Under the pieces are notes generated by a model. The model saw nothing but the letters and a program-made list of their open reading frames with translations, had not been told where the DNA came from and did not search any database. Below, piece by piece: positions 8,166 to 14,965 of a DNA stretch of 20,857 bases. The first letter of the stretch is position 1. Each line of letters starts with the position of its first letter. Made by a program: the position numbers and the translations under genes. This DNA is from Candidatus Micrarchaeota archaeon (GTDB lineage: Archaea > Micrarchaeota > Micrarchaeia > Anstonellales > Bilamarchaeaceae), in assembly GCA_043816005.1 (NCBI GenBank), contig JBDRIM010000012.1:1-20857 (forward strand), given 5' to 3'.

Positions 8166-8167
8166 GT

Positions 8168-9154
8168 ATGAATATGGTGAATGGAATAAAATTAGATAAA
8201 AAAGACAAACAACTACTTTCACTACTCTATAAAAATTCACGAATGAGTTTTGTTCAACTTGGCAAAAAGCTCAAGCTCAGTAGTAGTAGTGTTGAACGAA
8301 GGCTCAGACAGATTAAGGATGTAGGCATTATTTCTTTGCTATTTGCAGATGTCAATCTCCTAAAATTAGGTTTCAAATCCTATAGGATTTATCTCAAGTT
8401 TGATGCTATAACTGAAGTTACTGAAAAAGAGATTCTTGCTCTTTTTGAAAGCTATCCAAGAACAGTTTGGGGTGTCGTGTGCGAAGGTGCTTATGATGTG
8501 TTATGGAGGATAATTGCAAAAAATGAGGTAGAAGTCGAGAATGCAGTTCATTTTGTCATAGATAGATTTGGGGAACACATAACTGAAAAAACAGTGATCA
8601 CTACAACTTACCAAACTTATCTCTCATGGAACCGTGCATTAGGAGGAGAAAGACATCCAGAATTACCTTTAGAAAGAATAACCCCTACTAAAGACGTTGA
8701 TGAAAAAGATATGGCTATCTTAGTTGCATTATACAACGATGCACGAATCACCACTGTGGAACTTGCAAGAAGGGTTGATCTGACTCCGGACGCTGTAAGT
8801 TATCGAATAAAAAAACTCATTGAAAATGAATTCATTCTTGGTTATACTGCATGGTTTGATGCAAAAAAACTTGGTTTTGATTATTATAAACTTTTGATAA
8901 ATTTTAGGAGTATAACTCGTGAAAAAGAAAAACAATTTTTGGATTTTTGTCTTGAACATGATAATGTTATATTCATAAACAAAACTATCGGGAGCTGGGA
9001 TATAGAAGTTGACATCCTTGTTGAAAATGCAGTTGAGCTTCATAAATTTATTCAGAAAACAAAAACTAAATTTGGTCATATAATTGGTAATCATACCTAT
9101 ATATCAGCAATAGAAGAAAGAATGTTAAACCCAATAAGGGGAGAAGTTCGTTGA
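8168..9154 (+). CDS. Tandem (double) Lrp/AsnC-family transcriptional regulator
   Basis: 328 aa with two HTH+RAM units: LDKKDKQLLSLLYKNSRMSFVQLGKKLKLSSSSVERRLRQIKDVGII and VDEKDMAILVALYNDARITTVELARRVDLTPDAVSYRIKKLIENEFI; GAYDV and GSWDI RAM motifs. Confidence 0.92.
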   Translation: MNMVNGIKLDKKDKQLLSLLYKNSRMSFVQLGKKLKLSSSSVERRLRQIKDVGIISLLFADVNLLKLGFKSYRIYLKFDAITEVTEKEILALFESYPRTVWGVVCEGAYDVLWRIIAKNEVEVENAVHFVIDRFGEHITEKTVITTTYQTYLSWNRALGGERHPELPLERITPTKDVDEKDMAILVALYNDARITTVELARRVDLTPDAVSYRIKKLIENEFILGYTAWFDAKKLGFDYYKLLINFRSITREKEKQFLDFCLEHDNVIFINKTIGSWDIEVDILVENAVELHKFIQKTKTKFGHIIGNHTYISAIEERMLNPIRGEVR

Positions 9155-9249
9155 CATAATTCATTTCACTAATAATTAGCTTTAAAAATACGTTCCCTAA
9201 TAGTATATCTTTTACCACTTAGTATAAACATACATGAGGTTACGGACCA

Positions 9250-10107
9250 ATGCAAAAATTCAGAGATGCAGCTAGAAAATCACTAGATTCAGATGCAAAG
9301 TGCAGAAATTGCAGTAGATTCCCAGTTTTGCTAGATCGATTGGTACAATCTAAACAACGACCTACTGATCGCGAAACTGCAATATCCCTAATACATGAGG
9401 TTGGCGATGATGTTTCTAATGGTATGGGTTGTAATGGACCCAGAGAATATCTAAATGATCGCGAACGTCAAAGGCTTTCAGATGCACTTCTTGATTATCA
9501 TAGAAGATATCCACCTCAAAAACCTAACACTAAACATCGATCAGGAAGACCAGAACCATCGCGTGGTCATCTTTTTCTCATCGATCCAGCTACAAGATTA
9601 TGTATATTTGCAGCAGATAAATATGTGCAAAGGATTCTTGAACTTCAAAGACTTCCAAGTTCTTTACTGCCTCTTTCAGCACATCAAATTATGCTGGATA
9701 TGCGCGTTCTTGCAGTATTTGGTCTAAATCGATTTACTGATGCTATTAATGATGTGAGAGGCGATCCTCAAATATCATTAGATATATTACAAAGAGCCAA
9801 ACTTGTACAAAATTTGACTTGTGCATTTGAACGTAGATCTATTACTGATTTAGGAAGAGATGTGCCTCTTCTTCATTCAGCGGGAGTAATTGGTGCTATT
9901 TCAGAATCACAATCAGCTCGGGTTGAAGCTGTTCAAAAATTAGCTGAAATTGCAATTGGTACGAAATGTACAAATGCTGTCTATAAAGACTGGACACAAG
10001 AAGTTGCAAGAAGATTCATGCCAGGTTTGGATGCTGTAGCTTTGTCTGTTGGCGAACAATTTATGCACGAACTGTTTCAAAGATGGGCAGCTCCCTATCG
10101 TTTCTAA
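9250..10107 (+). CDS. Hypothetical protein with N-terminal CxxC
   Basis: 285-aa ORF with SD GAGGT at 9236-9240 and TATA-like TTTAAAAA at 9181-9188; CRNC and a later GMGCNG; no recognised family. Confidence 0.7.
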   Translation: MQKFRDAARKSLDSDAKCRNCSRFPVLLDRLVQSKQRPTDRETAISLIHEVGDDVSNGMGCNGPREYLNDRERQRLSDALLDYHRRYPPQKPNTKHRSGRPEPSRGHLFLIDPATRLCIFAADKYVQRILELQRLPSSLLPLSAHQIMLDMRVLAVFGLNRFTDAINDVRGDPQISLDILQRAKLVQNLTCAFERRSITDLGRDVPLLHSAGVIGAISESQSARVEAVQKLAEIAIGTKCTNAVYKDWTQEVARRFMPGLDAVALSVGEQFMHELFQRWAAPYRF

Positions 10108-10130
10108 TTTATGATCTGATTCATTTTTCC

Positions 10131-10460
10131 CTAACTAAGTATTGGAACAGGTTTCAATTCAATTTGGCTGAAAGATCCTTTCAATAATATCTCTTCAAGC
10201 TTGAATAATGTTTTGACCTTTTCATTTTGTTCGTTTATTTTGTATAAACTTATCCTGCCAAGTTTTCTTTCAAGTTTGACTGTATTATTTTTGATTAGCC
10301 TCGGCAATATCTTATACACTGTTGGTCTTGATATCCCGCAACCATTTGCTATATCTGTTTTACTGTAGCTTATGCCTCTTCCTTCAAGAAGAAAATCCAA
10401 TATGCGATTTTCTATTGTATCACCAAGAATTTCAAGAAGCATGGATTTTTCGTATTTCAT
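10131..10460 (-). CDS. Small winged-HTH DNA-binding protein (ArsR/TrmB-like)
   Basis: 109 aa; RILDFLLEGRGISYSKTDIANGCGISRPTVYKILPRLIKNNTVKLERKLGRISLYKIN is an HTH plus wing; SD GGTGGGG (complement of 10468-10474). Confidence 0.85.
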   Translation of the reverse strand: MKYEKSMLLEILGDTIENRILDFLLEGRGISYSKTDIANGCGISRPTVYKILPRLIKNNTVKLERKLGRISLYKINEQNEKVKTLFKLEEILLKGSFSQIELKPVPILS

Positions 10461-10495
10461 ATCAATTCCCCACCATCATACTTAAGATAAGTAAT

Positions 10496-10521
10496 TATTT
10501 AAATCTTTACATTGATGTAAA
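10496..10521. promoter_or_regulatory. Shared TATA box plus palindromic operator TTTACAT-TG-ATGTAAA
   Basis: TATTTAAAT at 10496-10504 is usable in both directions; perfect 7-bp inverted repeat at 10506-10521 lies 3 nt before ATG 10525. Confidence 0.6.
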
Positions 10522-10524
10522 ATT

Positions 10525-10803
10525 ATGGATAATTCCATCAAAGCCCGTCTATTATATGCACTAGCCAGAAAGCGAAAATGGGGCGAGAGTCACACTGATT
10601 ATGAAAATCTTTTTCGACAATTCAAATCCTCTGTACTAAGTAAAGATATCCTGAAATCAGTTCGAGAAACTGCGGAAGAACTCATTCGCAATGGTTATAT
10701 AATAAAAAAACCAACTGGCTATGGTCTACAGGTTTCGCTTAATCCTAAATTTTCGATCCAGATAAAAAAATTAATCAAAGAAAATCTTGGTTACGATCTA
10801 TGA
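10525..10803 (+). CDS. Small basic hypothetical protein, probable wHTH-like fold
   Basis: 92 aa; KRKWGESHT...AEELIRNGYIIKKPTGYGLQVSLNP resembles a small protein family I recall from DPANN genomes (unverified); divergent from the wHTH gene; 6-bp convergent overlap with rio1. Confidence 0.75.
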   Translation: MDNSIKARLLYALARKRKWGESHTDYENLFRQFKSSVLSKDILKSVRETAEELIRNGYIIKKPTGYGLQVSLNPKFSIQIKKLIKENLGYDL

Positions 10804-11541
10804 TCTAATCCATTTCATTGTTTTTTCAAATTCTTTTTTCATCCCGAATTTTGAGAAATATTTCAGAATATTAGTAACATCTCGTTCCAAAAATTGTTCT
10901 GCATTTGGATGTCTAATAATCACGCCCTGCCCAAAATCAATGAAAAATGGTTGCGGACCAACCATAATATTGTATTCACTCAGATCAGCATGGACCAATC
11001 CAGCTTTATACATTTTTTTAATATCACCTAAAACAGAATCCAAATCAGCTTTGCCATGTATTGGTCCAACCACATTCATAGTGGGATATGGTAGATCCCC
11101 CTCACCGAGGAATGTCATGACTAGCACACGGTTTAGCACATATAACGGTTTCGGTGCACGAATACCTGCAGTTTCACATAGTTCTAAGTTTTTGTATTCC
11201 TTTCGTGCAAATGCTTTAACAATATTCATATCACCTGATTTAATCCGTGAAAATCTTGGATCTGCTTCAAGATACGCATCCTTTCTAAAAAATGGTGATG
11301 TTTCTGTCTTGTAAATTTTTATTGCAACATAAGCGCCATCTGGTGTAGATGCACGAAAAACATTGGCTTCTTTGCCTGTAGAAATCGGATAATCAACTGT
11401 TTTGATAATTCCTTTTTTGATTAATTTGTATAGGTCAAGCAAGGTATTCTTATCAAAAACCTCACTCTCAATTTTGAAGCGTTCTTTAAGTTGGTAATCT
11501 TCTTTTAGAGGTTTTTTCCGTTTAGAAACCTTGCGTGCCAT
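10798..11541 (-). CDS. rio1: RIO1-family atypical Ser/Thr kinase/ATPase
   Basis: ISTGKEANVFRA, VAIKIY, LVHADLSEYNIMV, FIDFGQG, HPNAEQFLERDVTNI; directly follows aIF-1A as is common in archaea. Confidence 0.95.
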   Translation of the reverse strand: MARKVSKRKKPLKEDYQLKERFKIESEVFDKNTLLDLYKLIKKGIIKTVDYPISTGKEANVFRASTPDGAYVAIKIYKTETSPFFRKDAYLEADPRFSRIKSGDMNIVKAFARKEYKNLELCETAGIRAPKPLYVLNRVLVMTFLGEGDLPYPTMNVVGPIHGKADLDSVLGDIKKMYKAGLVHADLSEYNIMVGPQPFFIDFGQGVIIRHPNAEQFLERDVTNILKYFSKFGMKKEFEKTMKWIRS

Positions 11542-11544
11542 GTT

Positions 11545-11877
11545 TTAGATATGTCCCTCTTCTTTGAGTATTCTTGCTTGGAGTGGGAAATATCTCCATA
11601 CTATATCTCCTTTAATATCCCCTTGAATTTCAAATGGTTTTACTATGACTACGTCCCCTTCTTTTACCCAAATTTTGTTTTTGAGTTTCCCAGGAATCCT
11701 ACACATTCTTTCTTTGCCATCTTTACAGACCACTTTCATACGTGATCCGCCCATAAGGCCGAGTACAACGCCAAGAACTTCACCGTCTTTTGGAAATTTT
11801 AGCCTTCTTCGTTCCTCTTCTTTATTGAATGGTTGTTTACTGCCGCCAGTTCCAGTACCTCTACCTCTATTATACAA
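11545..11877 (-). CDS. eif1a: Translation initiation factor aIF-1A (probable TTG start at 11877, 110 aa)
   Basis: EVLGVVLGLMGGSRMKVVCKDGKERMCRIPGKLKNKIWVKEGDVVIVKPF...KGDIVWRY; SD AGGTGA (complement of 11882-11887) sits 4 nt before an in-frame TTG, favoured over ATG 11946. Confidence 0.93.
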   Translation of the reverse strand: MYNRGRGTGTGGSKQPFNKEEERRRLKFPKDGEVLGVVLGLMGGSRMKVVCKDGKERMCRIPGKLKNKIWVKEGDVVIVKPFEIQGDIKGDIVWRYFPLQARILKEEGHI

Positions 11878-11891
11878 TATATCACCTTGTA

Positions 11892-12036
11892 AAAATTTCC
11901 TAATTTTGTTGTGAAGTAAAACTTCACAACTGTAGTGAAATTTCATTTCACTCCATTACTAAGACAAAATTGATTCAATTTTGTCACCTTATAAAAATGA
12001 AATTTTTATAAAAACAAAATGTTTGCACATTTTGTT
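11892..12036. repeat. Array of 5-6 consecutive perfect inverted repeats in the aIF-2beta/aIF-1A spacer
   Basis: 11892-11907 (6 bp), 11908-11930 (10 bp), 11934-11952 (8 bp), 11963-11985 (11 bp), 11989-12011 (10 bp), 12013-12036 (10 bp). Confidence 0.8.
12009..12036 (-). terminator. Hairpin with GCAA tetraloop plus T-tract at the aIF-2beta stop
   Basis: Minus strand: TAACAAAATGT-GCAA-ACATTTTGTT-TTTAT, starting within the stop codon. Confidence 0.4.
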
Positions 12037-12448
12037 ACCTTATTGCCTTTCGGGCACCACATGCTTCACACACTATATTTCTTACTCTATGACCAAGATC
12101 TTCAATGTGAGTATCTGGGCGATTACATTCCTTACACATTACGAATTTTGTAACAAATTCCTCTAATTTCTTATTGACTATGTCACCAGTAAGTTTTCTT
12201 TGGAGGATCAATCTCTCTCCTTGGATTTCAACAGGAACTGCAAGTTCCTTGGATAGGTGTTTTGAGAGGAATGCTGGATCCCTTCGAATTTTATCTACTA
12301 CTGCTTTGTAATTTTTTACAATGGTTTTATTACCCTCAGTGAAGTATTCAAATTTTGGCATTTCAAAACGTTCGCCACTGACTGTATTCTTCGGCAGTTT
12401 TGCATACAAACTATCTAGTAACTCTTCATAATTATATTCAGAACTCAT
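12035..12448 (-). CDS. eif2b: Translation initiation factor aIF-2 beta subunit
   Basis: 137 aa; YEELLDSLY, ERFEMPK, EGNKTIVKN, Zn ribbon CKECNRPDT...CEACGA. Confidence 0.96.
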   Translation of the reverse strand: MSSEYNYEELLDSLYAKLPKNTVSGERFEMPKFEYFTEGNKTIVKNYKAVVDKIRRDPAFLSKHLSKELAVPVEIQGERLILQRKLTGDIVNKKLEEFVTKFVMCKECNRPDTHIEDLGHRVRNIVCEACGARKAIR

Positions 12449-12514
12449 GGGATAATAACAAAGGCATGGTTTATTAATTCTAGCTAGTGTACCGTCGCAG
12501 ACTCTATTTTAGTG

Positions 12515-13765
12515 TTATGTTCCTTCTTGCCAGCTTGCAAGATATTTTTTCTGTTCCTCTGTAAGTACGTCTATTTCTACTCCCATTGATTCTAATTGAA
12601 GTCTTGCAATCTCCTCGTCAACTTCTTCTGGCAAAGTTATGACGGATGGTTTTAAGTTTCCTTTATTCTTCACCAAAAATTCACAAGCCAATGCCTGACC
12701 GCAGAATGAAGTTGACATAACTTCAGAAGGATGACCTTCTGCCGCACCTAAATTAACTAACCTGCCTTCAGCACATAAGTAAATGCTTTTGTTTTCAACA
12801 GTATACTCCTCAAGCGAAGGTCGCATTCTTCTTTTTTTATAAGTTTTATTTAGCGCAGTAACATCTATTTCATTATCAAAATGGCCTGAATTGGCAAGCA
12901 CTGCACCGTCTTTCATGTGCTTTACATGATCCACAGTTATAACATCTCTATCGCCAGTGACGGTAATAAAAACATCTCCAAATTTAGCAGCATCATTCAT
13001 TTGCATAACTCTAAACCCATCTAAAATTGCCTGCAATGCCCTAAATGGTTTTACTTCAGTGACTATGACATTTGCACCCATTCCCTTTGCTCTCATGGAA
13101 ACTCCTTTTCCACAATCTCCGTAGCCTGCAACAACTACAGTTTTACCTGCAAAAAGAATATTGGTGGCACGGAAAATACCGTCTAATGTTGATTGTCCAG
13201 TTCCATAATAATTATCCAAAAGGTGTTTTGTATTATTATCATTAACTGCTATCACAGGATATCTCAATGCGTTATCTTTGACCATTGCATGCAATCGAAT
13301 AATTCCTGTTGTTGTTTCTTCACAACCACCAATCAATTTTGGTAACAGTTCTGTGTGCTTTGTGTGAATCAAAGATATCAAATCACACCCATCATCTATT
13401 GTGAGGTCTGGTTTGTGGGATAAAACCAATTCCAAAAATTTATAGTAATCTTCTTTACTTTCTCCTTTATGAGCATAAACATTTACTCCTTCTTTTGCAA
13501 GTGCTGCTGCAACATCATCCTGCGTTGAAAGTGGATTACAACCAGAAATTGCGACTTTTGCCCCACCTGCAATAAGCGTTCGAACTAAAACCGCAGTTTC
13601 TTTGGTTACATGCAATGCCATGCCTATTGTAAGCCCCGTGAATGGTTGAGTTTTTCTGAATTTTTCTCTAATTGAAAGTAATGCGGGCATTCTTTTCTCT
13701 GCCAATTCAATGTTAAGCATTCCCTGTTCTGCCAATTTTATATCTTTTACAGAATAATCAGTCAT
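12515..13765 (-). CDS. ahcY: Adenosylhomocysteinase (SAH hydrolase)
   Basis: HVTKETA, CNPLSTQDDVAAAL, DDGCDL, EETTTG, KHLLDNYYGTGQS, VAGYGDCGKG, NSGHFDNEID, GRLVNLGAAEGHPSEVMS; ATG 13765 preferred over GTG 13774, whose GTGA would serve as the SD. Confidence 0.97.
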   Translation of the reverse strand: MTDYSVKDIKLAEQGMLNIELAEKRMPALLSIREKFRKTQPFTGLTIGMALHVTKETAVLVRTLIAGGAKVAISGCNPLSTQDDVAAALAKEGVNVYAHKGESKEDYYKFLELVLSHKPDLTIDDGCDLISLIHTKHTELLPKLIGGCEETTTGIIRLHAMVKDNALRYPVIAVNDNNTKHLLDNYYGTGQSTLDGIFRATNILFAGKTVVVAGYGDCGKGVSMRAKGMGANVIVTEVKPFRALQAILDGFRVMQMNDAAKFGDVFITVTGDRDVITVDHVKHMKDGAVLANSGHFDNEIDVTALNKTYKKRRMRPSLEEYTVENKSIYLCAEGRLVNLGAAEGHPSEVMSTSFCGQALACEFLVKNKGNLKPSVITLPEEVDEEIARLQLESMGVEIDVLTEEQKKYLASWQEGT

Positions 13766-13841
13766 AATTATCACAACTTAACTATAATGAGACTAATTAA
13801 AAAGATTTTGAACGCTTTTTTTCTCCAATCTAACATATCTA

Positions 13842-13870
13842 TTTAAATATATGTCTAGATTTAGATATAT
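13842..13870 (+). promoter_or_regulatory. TATA box (TTTAAATA) followed by putative PadR operator
   Basis: TTTAAATA at 13842-13849; ATATGTCTA-GATT-TAGATATAT (13849-13870) is a 9-bp inverted repeat with one mismatch, between the TATA box and ATG 13879. Confidence 0.55.
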
Positions 13871-13878
13871 CGATTATT

Positions 13879-14223
13879 ATGATTATGCCAAGCGAAGAAA
13901 AAATGCACAAGCAGATGCTCAAGCACATGCTTTTATCTTTTTTGCTTTGGCTCATTTCCAAAAAACCTATTCATGGATACGAACTAATAAAAAAAATTGA
14001 AGATGACGGTGGATTCCGTATCGTTACTGCAAGTAAACTATATCCTATATTAAAATTACTTACGAATCAAGGTTTTATAGCTCAAAAAAAGGAATCACAA
14101 GGTCAACGAGTGCGAAAAGTTTATCATATAACCACTAAAGGTTCCGATATTCTAAAACACATGAAAAATTGCATCTGTAAAAGCAAGCTCAAAAGAGCGT
14201 TCCTTAAGGAGATGACTCGTTAG
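13879..14223 (+). CDS. PadR-family transcriptional regulator
   Basis: LLWLISKKPIHGYELIKKIE...SKLYPILKLLTNQGFI...RVRKVYHITTKG. Confidence 0.93.
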   Translation: MIMPSEEKMHKQMLKHMLLSFLLWLISKKPIHGYELIKKIEDDGGFRIVTASKLYPILKLLTNQGFIAQKKESQGQRVRKVYHITTKGSDILKHMKNCICKSKLKRAFLKEMTR

Positions 14224-14949
14224 ATGAAAAATCCAGGAAAATTTTCAGAATTGGAACCAAGTTCCAATAAGATGAAAAAGAAAGAAGTTCTACGGCTGAA
14301 CAATCTTAGTAAAATCTACAAAATGGGTCCAAACACGGTTCGTGCTTTAGATAATGCAGATTTAGTAATTAATGATGGCGAGATGCTTTGTATCGTGGGT
14401 CCGTCAGGATCTGGAAAAAGTACTCTTCTTCACATCATGGGGCTTCTTGATACTCCAACATCCGGAGAACGATATATCGATGGTATAAACACTACCAAAA
14501 TAAATGAAAAAGAACAAGCGCGTATTAGAGGGGAAAAAATCGGTTTTGTTTTTCAAAAATTTAATCTAATCCCAAGTCTCACTGCATTGGAAAATGTTGA
14601 ATTACCATTGGTACTTTGTGCTAACTGCAAAGATCGCAAGAAAAAAGCACGTGAGGTGCTTGAAAAACTTGATATGGGAAATAGGACTGACCACTACCCA
14701 TCTCAACTTTCAGGTGGACAAGTGCAAAGAGTAGCAATAGCAAGAGCACTGGTGAATGACCCAGAAATTATCCTTGCAGATGAGCCAACCGGGAATCTTG
14801 ATTCCAAAACTGGGAAAGAGGTACTTGCAATTTTATCTCAATTGAACAAACAAGGAAAAACAATTATTATAATTACACACGACGAATCAATAACTAAAGT
14901 TGTTGAGCGCGTAGTTCGTATTCGTGATGGGAAAATAATAGAATCATAA
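14224..14949 (+). CDS. ABC transporter ATP-binding protein, LolD/MacB (type VII) family
   Basis: Walker [50 protein letters not shown]; true start could be ATG 14272. Confidence 0.95.
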   Translation: MKNPGKFSELEPSSNKMKKKEVLRLNNLSKIYKMGPNTVRALDNADLVINDGEMLCIVGPSGSGKSTLLHIMGLLDTPTSGERYIDGINTTKINEKEQARIRGEKIGFVFQKFNLIPSLTALENVELPLVLCANCKDRKKKAREVLEKLDMGNRTDHYPSQLSGGQVQRVAIARALVNDPEIILADEPTGNLDSKTGKEVLAILSQLNKQGKTIIIITHDESITKVVERVVRIRDGKIIES

Positions 14950-14965
14950 TGTAAGAGGTATATCT

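Noticed and set aside
8279..8290. (AGT)4 microsatellite
   Set aside because: Encodes SSSS in the first HTH; too short to suggest phase variation.
9151..9176. Bacterial sigma70-like promoter (TTGACA ... AATAAT)
   Set aside because: Spacing is 14 nt rather than about 17, TTGACA overlaps the Lrp stop codon, and an archaeal TATA-like box follows at 9181.
7308..10803. Integrated mobile element or provirus
   Set aside because: No integrase, transposase, terminal repeats, target-site duplication or tRNA anchor seen.
10787..11314. 175-aa plus-strand ORF
   Set aside because: Antisense to rio1, which has all the RIO kinase motifs.
11878..11946. 23-aa N-terminal extension of aIF-1A from ATG 11946
   Set aside because: Not aIF-1A-like, the ATG is buried in a hairpin, and a strong SD precedes the downstream TTG; not fully excluded.
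11892..12036. Hairpin array as a CRISPR array or tRNA
   Set aside because: The hairpins differ in sequence, with no repeat-spacer periodicity, no cas genes and no cloverleaf or T-loop consensus.
13775..13878. SAH/SAM riboswitch upstream of ahcY
   Set aside because: Short, very AT-rich spacer occupied by promoter elements, with no aptamer-like GC-rich core.
14617..14628. CxxC (CANC) in the ABC ATPase helical subdomain
   Set aside because: A single motif in a variable loop with no partner ligands visible; no function can be supported.
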